DNA of 62,122 bases from an uncultured Gammaproteobacteria bacterium. Lineage in GTDB: Bacteria > Patescibacteriota > Microgenomatia > Levybacterales > UBA12049. Position 1 is the first letter of the stretch; each line of letters starts with the position of its first letter. Where the stretch lies: contig CAYMJR010000007.1 of NCBI GenBank assembly GCA_964391315.1, positions 1 to 62,122 of the forward strand, in the 5' to 3' direction. The position numbers were made by a program, and so were the translations under genes. The notes below the pieces were generated by a model. That model had not been told where the DNA came from and searched no databases. It saw only the letters and a list, made by a program, of their open reading frames with translations. Positions 9,284-17,703 of the stretch are shown in pieces.

Positions 9284-10201
9284 ATGAAAAGAATTTTATT
9301 AACTATAATTATTATTATCTTTATCCTCGGTATTATTTTTCTGCTCAATAAACGGGTAACAACACTATCGCAAACAACTGGAAAAATCCATGTCGCAGCA
9401 TCATTCTATCCACTTTATTTCTTTGCGAGCCAAATTGGTGGAGACAAAGCAGATGTTGTTAATATCACACCAGCAGGAGCAGAACCGCATGATTTTGATC
9501 CATCAGCACAGGACGTTGCCCGTATTGAAAGCGGCAATATGCTTGTTCTAAATGGTGGCGTTGAAGCGTGGGGAAATAAAATTCAAAATAATCTCAAAGG
9601 AACCAATGTCAAAGTAATTGTCGCTGGTGAACAGTTATTGACCAAGCAACTAACAGAAAATGGCGAAACAATGAAAGATCCGCATGTTTGGCTCAATCCT
9701 GCACTTGCCAAGATAGAAGTTGCAAATATTACAAATGGATTTGTTTTAATCGATCCAAAAAATACTGCTTACTATAAAAATAATGAGCAACAACTTGATC
9801 AAAAATTGGATCAATTAGACGAGCAGTACAAACAGGGCCTGCAAAGTTGCCAAGGCAAGGACATTATCACCTCTCATGCAGCATTTGCTTACATGGCAGA
9901 GCGCTATGGCTTACATCAAGTTGCAATCGCGGGTCTTTCTCCTGATGCAGAACCATCTGCCAAACAGCTCGCTGATGTTGTAAGCTTCGCAAAACAAAAC
10001 CATATCAAATATATTTTCTTTGAAAGTTTGGTCAGTCCAAAATTGTCTCAAACAATTGCCAACGAAATTGGAGCCAAAACTTTGGTACTTGATCCAATTG
10101 AAGGAATATCAGACAATGATATCAAGCAAGGCAAAAATTACTTTACTGTCATGAAATCTAATTTACAATCCTTGCAAGAAGCACTCCAATGCAGCCAGTA
10201 A
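9284..10201 (+). CDS. znuA: Zinc/manganese ABC transporter substrate-binding protein (cluster A-I, ZnuA/TroA-like)
   Basis: Signal/anchor MKRILLTIIIIIFILG, then AEPHDFDPS, DPHVWLNP and HAAFAYMAERYGL motifs. ATG at 9284 preferred to the track start at 9260. Confidence 0.85.
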   Translation: MKRILLTIIIIIFILGIIFLLNKRVTTLSQTTGKIHVAASFYPLYFFASQIGGDKADVVNITPAGAEPHDFDPSAQDVARIESGNMLVLNGGVEAWGNKIQNNLKGTNVKVIVAGEQLLTKQLTENGETMKDPHVWLNPALAKIEVANITNGFVLIDPKNTAYYKNNEQQLDQKLDQLDEQYKQGLQSCQGKDIITSHAAFAYMAERYGLHQVAIAGLSPDAEPSAKQLADVVSFAKQNHIKYIFFESLVSPKLSQTIANEIGAKTLVLDPIEGISDNDIKQGKNYFTVMKSNLQSLQEALQCSQ

Positions 10202-10938
10202 CGCACTCCCACACCATCATCGAACTCGATAGAGTTTGCTTTTCCTATAATTCAGAAGAAGTCATCAAAGATATCTCTCTCCAAATTCATAAAGGAGATT
10301 ATGTCGGCATTGTCGGCCCAAATGGAGGAGGGAAGACAACGCTTCTCAAACTAATGCTTGGTATTATCAAACCGAATGATGGAATAGTAAAACTTTTCGG
10401 AACAGATATTAAAGAATTTAAAAGTTGGGCAAAAGTAGGGTATGTACCACAAAAAACACATCTTGAAATGAATCTTCCGGTCACTGTTGAAGAAATGGTC
10501 GCGATGGGAAGATATGGCAAACGGGGTCTGTTTCACTTTCCAACAAAAGAGGATAAACAAAAAACCGAAAAAGCATTAGAACAAGTTGATATGCTTGATT
10601 ACAGAACGAGACAAATCAGTGATCTCTCGGGAGGACAACAGCAGCGGGTCTTTATCGCCCGGGCACTTGCGACAGAACCTGAAATTATTTTTCTTGATGA
10701 ACCAACTGTTGGCGTTGATGTTAAAACACAAAAACAATTTTATTCATTACTTCGCAAACTCAATCAAGAACTTGATCTGACACTTGTTCTTGTTTCACAC
10801 GAGCTTGATGTTGTCGCACATGAAGCAACGGAGCTTGGATATATTAATCGGACGCTTGAATATTACGGGGATCCTGAAGAATTCTTAAAGGGTGCGTACT
10901 TCCATGAATTGATTGGGAAAGGAGGATTGCATCACTAA
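10189..10938 (+). CDS. znuC: Metal ABC transporter ATP-binding protein
   Basis: Walker A GPNGGGKTT, signature LSGGQQQR, Walker B IIFLDEP. Overlaps the znuA stop. Confidence 0.9.
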   Translation: MQPVTHSHTIIELDRVCFSYNSEEVIKDISLQIHKGDYVGIVGPNGGGKTTLLKLMLGIIKPNDGIVKLFGTDIKEFKSWAKVGYVPQKTHLEMNLPVTVEEMVAMGRYGKRGLFHFPTKEDKQKTEKALEQVDMLDYRTRQISDLSGGQQQRVFIARALATEPEIIFLDEPTVGVDVKTQKQFYSLLRKLNQELDLTLVLVSHELDVVAHEATELGYINRTLEYYGDPEEFLKGAYFHELIGKGGLHH

Positions 10939-11735
10939 TGTTTGATTTATTTAATTACAGTTTTATTATCCGAGGTTTTGAAGCAGGATTGATTATTGGA
11001 ATCATCGCACCGATTATTGGCATTTTTCTTGTCTTAAGGCGCTACTCTTTAATTGCAGACACACTGTCACATGTTTCCCTTGCAGGCGTTGCAATCGGAT
11101 TACTCCTTGCAATCAATCCCTTAATTACTGCTATCATTGCAGCAGTTGCCTCATCAGTTGCGATAGAGCGGTTAAGAAGTAGTAAAAAGGTTTTCGGCGA
11201 ATCAGCTCTTTCTATTTTTCTTTCAGGAAGTCTTGCCCTAGCAATTGTTCTTATTAGTCTGGGTCACGGATTTGGTGTTGATTTGTTGAGTTATCTTTTT
11301 GGAAGTATTACAACGGTTAGACAAACGGATGTCTATATTATTGGTGTACTTGGAATATTTGTCATCATAGCAATTGTCGCATTTTATAAAGAATTAGTAT
11401 ATGTGACTGTTGATGAAGAAGCAGCAAAGGTAAGCGGCATCCCAACAAAACTTATCAATTTTGTATTAATTGTTCTGTCTGCATTTACTGTTGCTCTTGC
11501 AATACCGATTGTCGGAGTATTACTAATTGCAGCATTGATTGTCATTCCTGTTGTAACTGCACTCCAATTTCGAAAAAGTTTTAAACAGACAATTATCATC
11601 GCAGAATGCATTTCTATTTTTTCAGTTATTGCAGGAATCATCAGCTCTTTTTATCTTAATCTCTCAACCGGAGGTACGATAGTCTTGATTGCACTTCTTA
11701 TTTTTGTTATTGTACTTCTAGGAAAAAAATCCTAA
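10938..11735 (+). CDS. znuB: Metal ABC transporter permease (ABC-3 family)
   Basis: 265-aa polytopic protein with ADTLSHVSLAGVAIG, typical of ZnuB/MntB permeases. Its start overlaps the znuC stop codon by 1 nt. Confidence 0.9.
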   Translation: MFDLFNYSFIIRGFEAGLIIGIIAPIIGIFLVLRRYSLIADTLSHVSLAGVAIGLLLAINPLITAIIAAVASSVAIERLRSSKKVFGESALSIFLSGSLALAIVLISLGHGFGVDLLSYLFGSITTVRQTDVYIIGVLGIFVIIAIVAFYKELVYVTVDEEAAKVSGIPTKLINFVLIVLSAFTVALAIPIVGVLLIAALIVIPVVTALQFRKSFKQTIIIAECISIFSVIAGIISSFYLNLSTGGTIVLIALLIFVIVLLGKKS

Positions 11736-11747
11736 TCTTCCATCAAT

Positions 11748-12053
11748 ATGCAAACCTTTAGAGAAAAAATTTATGAACTTGCACGACAAATTCCAAAAGG
11801 CAAAGTTGCAACCTATGGTCAACTCGCAGAACTTGCCGGAAGTCCAGGTGCAGCGCGGGCTGTTGGTATGTGCATGAAAACTAATCCCGATGCACCAAAA
11901 ACTCCATGCCATAGAGTTGTTGCCTCTAATGGCAAACTTACAGGATATTCAGCAGGGGAAGGCGTCAAAACAAAAAAACAAATGCTGCTTGATGAAGGAG
12001 TTAAATTTACCGGAGATAAAGTAAACCTTGTTGCATCACAGTGGGGCGCATAG
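11748..12053 (+). CDS. MGMT-family DNA-binding domain protein (O6-alkylguanine-DNA alkyltransferase C-terminal domain only)
   Basis: 101 aa. IPKGKVATYGQLA and the active-site motif PCHRVV. Confidence 0.8.
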   Translation: MQTFREKIYELARQIPKGKVATYGQLAELAGSPGAARAVGMCMKTNPDAPKTPCHRVVASNGKLTGYSAGEGVKTKKQMLLDEGVKFTGDKVNLVASQWGA

Positions 12054-12123
12054 AATTTGAGTAAGTGAAAGGAACGAAGAGGAGCGAGCCGCCTGCGAGC
12101 AAAGCGAGACAGGGGAGGAAAAA

Positions 12124-12390
12124 CTAAACTTTCTTCTGTAGTTCAACTGCATGGTCGTGAATTTCCTGAAATAATTTTTTAACAAAATCCTCTGATAGAT
12201 GAAATAGTTTTGCCCGTTCTGTAATTGATTCTAAAACCTTTTCTTTTCTTACTTCATCAACTATCGGCAAATTCTGTTCATTTTTGAGTTCTCCAATTTG
12301 TTTAACAATATCAACCCTTCTCACCAAAATTTTTAAAATTTCTTGATCAATATCATCAATCTCTTTTCGTAATTCGTCCAAGGTTTTCAT
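12124..12390 (-). CDS. Chorismate mutase (AroQ class, monofunctional)
   Basis: 88 aa. LDELRKEIDDIDQEILKILVRRVDIVKQIGELK is the classic AroQ N-terminal helix. Confidence 0.75.
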   Translation of the reverse strand: MKTLDELRKEIDDIDQEILKILVRRVDIVKQIGELKNEQNLPIVDEVRKEKVLESITERAKLFHLSEDFVKKLFQEIHDHAVELQKKV

Positions 12391-12449
12391 GGTATTATCT
12401 TACCAGATTCTTGCTTGACTTGCCAGCTTTTTTACGCTACTTTATGTAT

Positions 12450-12974
12450 ATGCAACTCTTCTCATTTGATGGAAAAGAAACTCTTCGGGCTCATGCAGAT
12501 ATGGGAGGAGATAGCATCTCTGGAAAAGCAGAATTCATCGAATACGAATTTGGTACACAAAAAATTGTTAAAATTACTCTCACAATTCAAGGAGATCCTG
12601 AGAAATTAAAACCAGGCAAACATGCCGTCCATATCCATGAAAAAGGTGCCTGTGATTGTGAAGGGTTCAAATGTGCAGGAGGTCATTTTGATCCAGGACC
12701 AGGCGGAAACACTGATCCAGATGTGAATCATCCGTATCATGCAGGAGATTTACCAAATATTGTAGTTGATGAAAATGGCAAAGGAACTCTGGAAGCAATC
12801 ACAACACGTGTAACTCTTTCTGATGGACCTGTTTCGATTTTAGGTAAGGAAAGTGCACCTGAAGGTACATCATTAATGGTCCACGGCAAAGAAGATCCCT
12901 ACAAAGGCGGCGAGAGCGGCTCCGGTGTTTCAGGTGGCCCCAGACTTGCTTGCGGCACTATTCAAAAAGACTAA
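12450..12974 (+). CDS. sodC: Cu/Zn superoxide dismutase without recognisable signal peptide
   Basis: HAVHIHEKGACD, GGHFDPG, NHPYHAGDLPN, LMVHGKEDPY, GPRLACGTI (all Cu and Zn ligands and both Cys). Start set at ATG 12450 (TTGACT-17-TACTTT-6-ATG). Track start is 12411. Confidence 0.85.
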   Translation: MQLFSFDGKETLRAHADMGGDSISGKAEFIEYEFGTQKIVKITLTIQGDPEKLKPGKHAVHIHEKGACDCEGFKCAGGHFDPGPGGNTDPDVNHPYHAGDLPNIVVDENGKGTLEAITTRVTLSDGPVSILGKESAPEGTSLMVHGKEDPYKGGESGSGVSGGPRLACGTIQKD

Positions 12975-14006
12975 TTACTTCAAATATTTTTTGTAAAACG
13001 CTACTGTTCGTTCCATTGCTTGATTAAAACTTACACCACCAATGTTGTGCCCTCCTATAGGATAAGTATAAAATTCATGAGGCACTGAAGTTTTATCAAG
13101 TAATGAAACTAGATCTCGGCTGTAACCAATATTCACAACTGTATCATCCTCTGCATGATGAATCTGAATCGCACCTTTTAAATCATTCAAGTAATTTGTT
13201 GGTGCAACTTGTTTCCAAAAAGTATTTGTGTCGCTTGGCTGACCGTATAATTTGGTCAAACTTTGTCTTTTTATATTTTGATCTAAAGATTGTTGTTCCG
13301 GGTGATAACTTTGATCGTGAATTGCATATTTCGTCAAATCTGTATAACTGTAAACCGCTCCGGCCCAAATAACAACAGCAGGAATATCTGGTTTTGCAGT
13401 AAAAGACCGCATTACGACATTTCCTGCCATACTATGTCCCCACAAACCAATCTTTTTTGGATTAACAAATCCTGAGGACTGTAACGCTGCATATGCATTA
13501 AGCGTATCAATAATATAATCACTTGAATAATATGCTCCTGTTGCCTGTCCTTGTGAATTTCCATTTCCGCGAAGATCAATTTTAAAAACCACAAATCCAT
13601 TTCGCGCTAGAGAATCAATATAATCAACATATCGTTCAGTTGTCTGATACTGATTTGGCGCGATATATCCATGTACAAAAACAATTCCTGGCCAACCTCC
13701 CACAGGCACCTTACCAGTTGGCTTAGTTAGTAAACCATTAATTTTCAATCCATCTGATGTATAACTTGTGATATATATCGTATAATTTGAGTGTTTTGAA
13801 TAGGTTTGAAGACTACCCAAAGAACTGTTATACGATCGTGACCGCAGATAAGGAATTGTTAATTCTTCAAAAGGAAAAGTAGGCGAGGGAGTAAGAACTT
13901 GGGTACTCGTTTTCGATGGATTTGTCGAAGTATTTTTATTATAGATAATTAACCCCACAACTATTAGTAAAAATACAATACATCCAATAATCCAACCATG
14001 CTTCAT
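12975..14006 (-). CDS. Membrane-anchored alpha/beta hydrolase (S9 prolyl-oligopeptidase/dienelactone-hydrolase-like)
   Basis: N-terminal TM, VFVHGY, nucleophile elbow GHSMAG, C-terminal HAEDD and GGHN. Start moved to ATG 14006 to avoid overlap with the divergent truB. Confidence 0.7.
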   Translation of the reverse strand: MKHGWIIGCIVFLLIVVGLIIYNKNTSTNPSKTSTQVLTPSPTFPFEELTIPYLRSRSYNSSLGSLQTYSKHSNYTIYITSYTSDGLKINGLLTKPTGKVPVGGWPGIVFVHGYIAPNQYQTTERYVDYIDSLARNGFVVFKIDLRGNGNSQGQATGAYYSSDYIIDTLNAYAALQSSGFVNPKKIGLWGHSMAGNVVMRSFTAKPDIPAVVIWAGAVYSYTDLTKYAIHDQSYHPEQQSLDQNIKRQSLTKLYGQPSDTNTFWKQVAPTNYLNDLKGAIQIHHAEDDTVVNIGYSRDLVSLLDKTSVPHEFYTYPIGGHNIGGVSFNQAMERTVAFYKKYLK

Positions 14007-14032
14007 AAACTTGTCTTTAGTATAATACAAAA

Positions 14033-14812
14033 ATGCCAATACTCAATGTTTACAAACCTAAAGGTCTAACGCCTCTGCAAATAATTACTCTTCTACGTAA
14101 GAAATTTCCGGAATACAAAAATGAAACCATCGGTTTTGCTGGACGGCTTGATCCACTTGCCCATGGAGTGCTTTTACTCATGATTGGAGAAGAAACAACC
14201 AAACAAAGAGAAAAATATTTAAACTTGCCAAAAGAGTACGAATTTGAGGCTGTCTTTGGCATAGGGACTGACACATATGATACCCTTGGGATTGTCAACA
14301 ATGTAACAATGAAACAATTTAACAATGATCTTAAAGATGAGATTGAGAAATTTATAAAAAACAAACACGGGAAGCAGATTCAAACCTATCCTCCATATTC
14401 TTCTAAAACAGTTTATGGTAAACCATTGTATCAATGGGCCAGAGAAAACAAATTACATGAAATAAAAATACCAAAACGGGAAATTGAAATCTATAATTTT
14501 GAATTAATCAAAATGCAAACAATTTCTGCAGAAAAATTTGAAAATGAAATTATGAAGCAAATTAATTCTGTCTCTGGTGACTTCCGACAAGAACAAATCA
14601 GAAATGCATGGGATGATTTTTTTGCTAAGAATCAACTACTAACATCTAACTACCAAACTGCCAGATTCAAACTCTCGTGCTCCAGCGGAACATATGTTCG
14701 TTCACTCATTCATGAACTTGGAAATCAAACAGATATGGAGGCGATCGCTCTTGAGATACTAAGAACAGACGTTGGGCCATACCACATAAACGATTCATTA
14801 CAATTCACCTGA
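14033..14812 (+). CDS. truB: tRNA pseudouridine(55) synthase
   Basis: KPKGLTP, catalytic motif GFAGRLDPLAHGVLLL, YSSKTVYGKPLY. TATAAT at 14021-14026, 6 nt before the ATG. Confidence 0.9.
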   Translation: MPILNVYKPKGLTPLQIITLLRKKFPEYKNETIGFAGRLDPLAHGVLLLMIGEETTKQREKYLNLPKEYEFEAVFGIGTDTYDTLGIVNNVTMKQFNNDLKDEIEKFIKNKHGKQIQTYPPYSSKTVYGKPLYQWARENKLHEIKIPKREIEIYNFELIKMQTISAEKFENEIMKQINSVSGDFRQEQIRNAWDDFFAKNQLLTSNYQTARFKLSCSSGTYVRSLIHELGNQTDMEAIALEILRTDVGPYHINDSLQFT

Positions 14813-14815
14813 CCT

Positions 14816-15439
14816 TTAGAGATGTTGTTTTTCCTGGTTGAAACTTACCAATTCATCTGCAAAAACACTAGCTTGTAAATTTGCATCTCTAATTAACAAC
14901 TGTTTTTTCTCTAAATCTTTCTGTGCATGAGTATTCAGAATGGCCAGAATAAGCGCTGTGTGTTGATTCATAAGATCTTCACCACCGCCATACAATACAC
15001 CAAGGTCATGTGCATCTTTCGCGAGTACATTTTTTGCAGAATCCATTTTTGTTGTATCATTTTGTCTTAAACCAATAGTATAATTTTCATATTCTTCAAT
15101 GTGATTTTGAAAAATATTGATGAAATTTTGTCGGGTTTCTTTTTCTCCCACTGTTGAAAGGTCGTCAGCCATTTTCTGTATTGTCGAAGACAATTGTGCT
15201 TTTGTTGATAACGTTTCTTTGCCGTCATACAAATTTGTCACGTGAAGAATAACTAAAGTCGTATAATCTGCAAACAAGTTATGCATGTCTATTGAAGGTT
15301 GCATAGTTGAAAACACGCTTTTGGCACGCATCGACTCCTGCGCGCGGAGTTGTGCTGCATAAAGATTCCATACACCAAACGCAGTAAGTGTAATAAGAAC
15401 AATAAAAATAACAAGTGCCAATATCCGGATCGCCATCAA
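14816..15439 (-). CDS. Hypothetical membrane-anchored, mostly helical extracytoplasmic protein
   Basis: N-terminal TM (ILALVIFIVLITLTAFGVW). Rest unrecognised. Confidence 0.4.
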   Translation of the reverse strand: MMAIRILALVIFIVLITLTAFGVWNLYAAQLRAQESMRAKSVFSTMQPSIDMHNLFADYTTLVILHVTNLYDGKETLSTKAQLSSTIQKMADDLSTVGEKETRQNFINIFQNHIEEYENYTIGLRQNDTTKMDSAKNVLAKDAHDLGVLYGGGEDLMNQHTALILAILNTHAQKDLEKKQLLIRDANLQASVFADELVSFNQEKQHL

Positions 15440-15525
15440 AGGCAGTATAAAGATGCATCAATTAAATATAATCACAAAAGAGTAAGTAATAAGTAAACTC
15501 GTTTGCATATGTGTATAATAAATCT

Positions 15526-16395
15526 ATGGAACAAAATCATCCAACGATTGGTCTGGCGCTTGGTAGCGGGGGAGCCAAAGGACTTGCCCATATCGGTGTT
15601 TTTAAAATGCTTGAGAAGTACAATATACCAATTGATTACATTGCAGGATCAAGTATTGGCTCGCTCATGGGCGCTCATTATGCAGCGTTTAAAGACACCA
15701 AACGCCTTGAGGATCTTTTTGTCAATTTCACGATGCAAAAAGGATTTCAATTATTTGATCCAATTCTCAAGGGTGGATTTATAAAAGGGAAAAAATTTGA
15801 ATCGTTTATTGAGGACACTCTTGAAGGAGCACATTTTGATAAATTGCAAATTCCTTTTGCAGCAGTTGCTACTGATTTTACTTCAGCAAAAACAGTTATT
15901 TTTACTGAAGGAAATCTCACAAAGGCTGTCCGTGCAAGCACTTCTGTTCCACCACTTTTTCAGCCGTTGACTTACAAAGATCAATTGCTCGCTGATGGAG
16001 GACTATCAAATTCTGTTCCTGTAGATGTTGTCCGTGCGATGGGCGCAGATATTGTCATTGCAGTAAATCTTGATACTGTATATGTTCCAAACGCTACACT
16101 TCCTGCAATTACTAAAATCCCTATGCATTCTATCAACATTCTCCGTCACAATCTGGCCCTGCAATCAACCAAAACTGCAGATATCATTATTTCCCCAAAA
16201 GGCATTTATCAAATCGGTCTTATTGGATGGGATTATTTTTTTGATGCAGAAAAAACAAAACTTGTTATCCATGAAGGAGAGAAAGCAACAGAAAAAGTAA
16301 TTCCTCACATACAAGACTTAATGCAGATAAAGATTCAAAAAAAGAAAAACGTGTTTGAAAAAATTATTTCTTTTATTCGTACGTTTCGTTCTTAA
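15526..16395 (+). CDS. Patatin-like phospholipase
   Basis: Oxyanion GLALGSGGAKG, nucleophile GSSIGS, catalytic Asp in LADGGL. Start set at ATG 15526 (TATAAT 15514-15519). Confidence 0.85.
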   Translation: MEQNHPTIGLALGSGGAKGLAHIGVFKMLEKYNIPIDYIAGSSIGSLMGAHYAAFKDTKRLEDLFVNFTMQKGFQLFDPILKGGFIKGKKFESFIEDTLEGAHFDKLQIPFAAVATDFTSAKTVIFTEGNLTKAVRASTSVPPLFQPLTYKDQLLADGGLSNSVPVDVVRAMGADIVIAVNLDTVYVPNATLPAITKIPMHSINILRHNLALQSTKTADIIISPKGIYQIGLIGWDYFFDAEKTKLVIHEGEKATEKVIPHIQDLMQIKIQKKKNVFEKIISFIRTFRS

Positions 16396-16752
16396 TTACC
16401 TCTTCTTTGTGTGGGCTTCTTTGATATCTTCATGATATTTTTTAATAAGTTCCGTTGCAACTTTTTTGATTTTTTCTTCCGGATCTTTCACTTTAAAACT
16501 GAGCATTTTCCAAATTTCATTATGATTATTACTCAGAACTAATGCCAAAAAAACTTTCTTGTCACCGTCGGTAAGTTCGGATAGCATTGCATCTAAAATT
16601 GCGTGATGGATATTATTTTCAGCAAGCATCAGTAATTCATCTTTTTCATGGACTTCTAAATTAAGACTATCAAGTCCACTATGTAATGAATCGATAACAA
16701 CTAAATGATGATAAAAATGGTTATGTTTTTTCATATTACTCTTTCGGTTCAA
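16396..16752 (-). CDS. Hypothetical His-rich helical protein
   Basis: 118-aa ORF overlapping the stop of the upstream gene by 17 nt. No recognised motif. Confidence 0.35.
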   Translation of the reverse strand: MNRKSNMKKHNHFYHHLVVIDSLHSGLDSLNLEVHEKDELLMLAENNIHHAILDAMLSELTDGDKKVFLALVLSNNHNEIWKMLSFKVKDPEEKIKKVATELIKKYHEDIKEAHTKKR

Positions 16753-17653
16753 CCGGACCTAAAGATATTGTATCATTGGGATCGTCAATGAAGAAATAAA
16801 GCACCGGACCACGTTGTGCTCCATCTTTTCTTTCAAGATATGCCATAACCTCTGGTGATCCGCCAAGCTGTTTGCCTGTCCAGACTGCAGGTCCTGCATC
16901 AGCAATATCAGCAACAACAGCTTTTCCATTCTCAGGATTAACAACAAGCATTTTGCGATATTTATAGAAATCATAATGATCACGGACATTTTCAGCAAAT
17001 CCTGGAGCGAGAAATGTTTGTACAGCAATATAATACTTCTCACGCATAACATCTTGTTCTGTCATTGCATCAGCAGACGAAGCAAAATATCCCCATGCTC
17101 CACGTCCTGGCGCCATACCGGATGAAGAATATGATTGGGCTTCGTCAGCTGTTTCAAAATGGCTTGCCATAGTATCACCAGGATAACGCATAAGATGTTG
17201 TTCTGCTCCAATAATGCCATATGACGTGTTGAGACGTTTTCCCTGGAGTACTGCTGACACTTTCATACCAAAGTGCTCACTTAATTTATCACCGACAGCT
17301 TTTTCCTGTTCATCAGTCAACGGTTGAACGATCTGTGGCAATGCATCTGCTAAATCTAAAATAAGCCTCGTTTTGGGAGCAAATGCTGGCTTATCAAGCT
17401 GATCTGCAAATGCTACTTCTTCAGGAACAGGTGCTTGCTGTTGTAGTTGTTGTGCTGCAATAGATGTCGTCACTGGATGAGAAAGCATTACAAGACTTCC
17501 TAATGAACCAACGACAAAATGTTTTGCACTGTTCTTGATCCAATCAAACGCATCTTTATGCTTCTCAACAAGCGTCCGCTGAAAATCCTTCTGCTGATCA
17601 AGCCATTTATTTTTAAGATGTTCGTAATGTGGCTTATATGCTGCTTGCGACAT
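16736..17653 (-). CDS. Hypothetical membrane-anchored/secreted protein with possible RlpA/expansin-like DPBB C-terminal domain
   Basis: Hydrophobic segment VVGSLGSLVMLS. C-terminal KMLVVNPENGKAVVADIADAGPAVWTGKQLGGSPEVMAYL resembles the VtN..NGk.v.v.v.DrGP....iDLS pattern of double-psi beta-barrels. G+C visibly above neighbours. Confidence 0.4.
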   Translation of the reverse strand: MSQAAYKPHYEHLKNKWLDQQKDFQRTLVEKHKDAFDWIKNSAKHFVVGSLGSLVMLSHPVTTSIAAQQLQQQAPVPEEVAFADQLDKPAFAPKTRLILDLADALPQIVQPLTDEQEKAVGDKLSEHFGMKVSAVLQGKRLNTSYGIIGAEQHLMRYPGDTMASHFETADEAQSYSSSGMAPGRGAWGYFASSADAMTEQDVMREKYYIAVQTFLAPGFAENVRDHYDFYKYRKMLVVNPENGKAVVADIADAGPAVWTGKQLGGSPEVMAYLERKDGAQRGPVLYFFIDDPNDTISLGPVEPKE

Positions 17654-17703
17654 ACTCTTCTTTTATAGTAGCACAAACTATTGCCATACTGAAAATATAA
17701 TTC

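Noticed and set aside
12054-12123. GC- and purine-rich 70-nt spacer (GTAAGTGAAAGGAACGAAGAGGAGCGAGCCGCCTGCGAGCAAAGCGAGACAGGGGAGG) between convergent genes as a terminator or small RNA
   Set aside because: It contains three GCGAG direct repeats but no stem-loop, no T-run and no ORF. It is compositionally odd, but I cannot assign any function from sequence alone.
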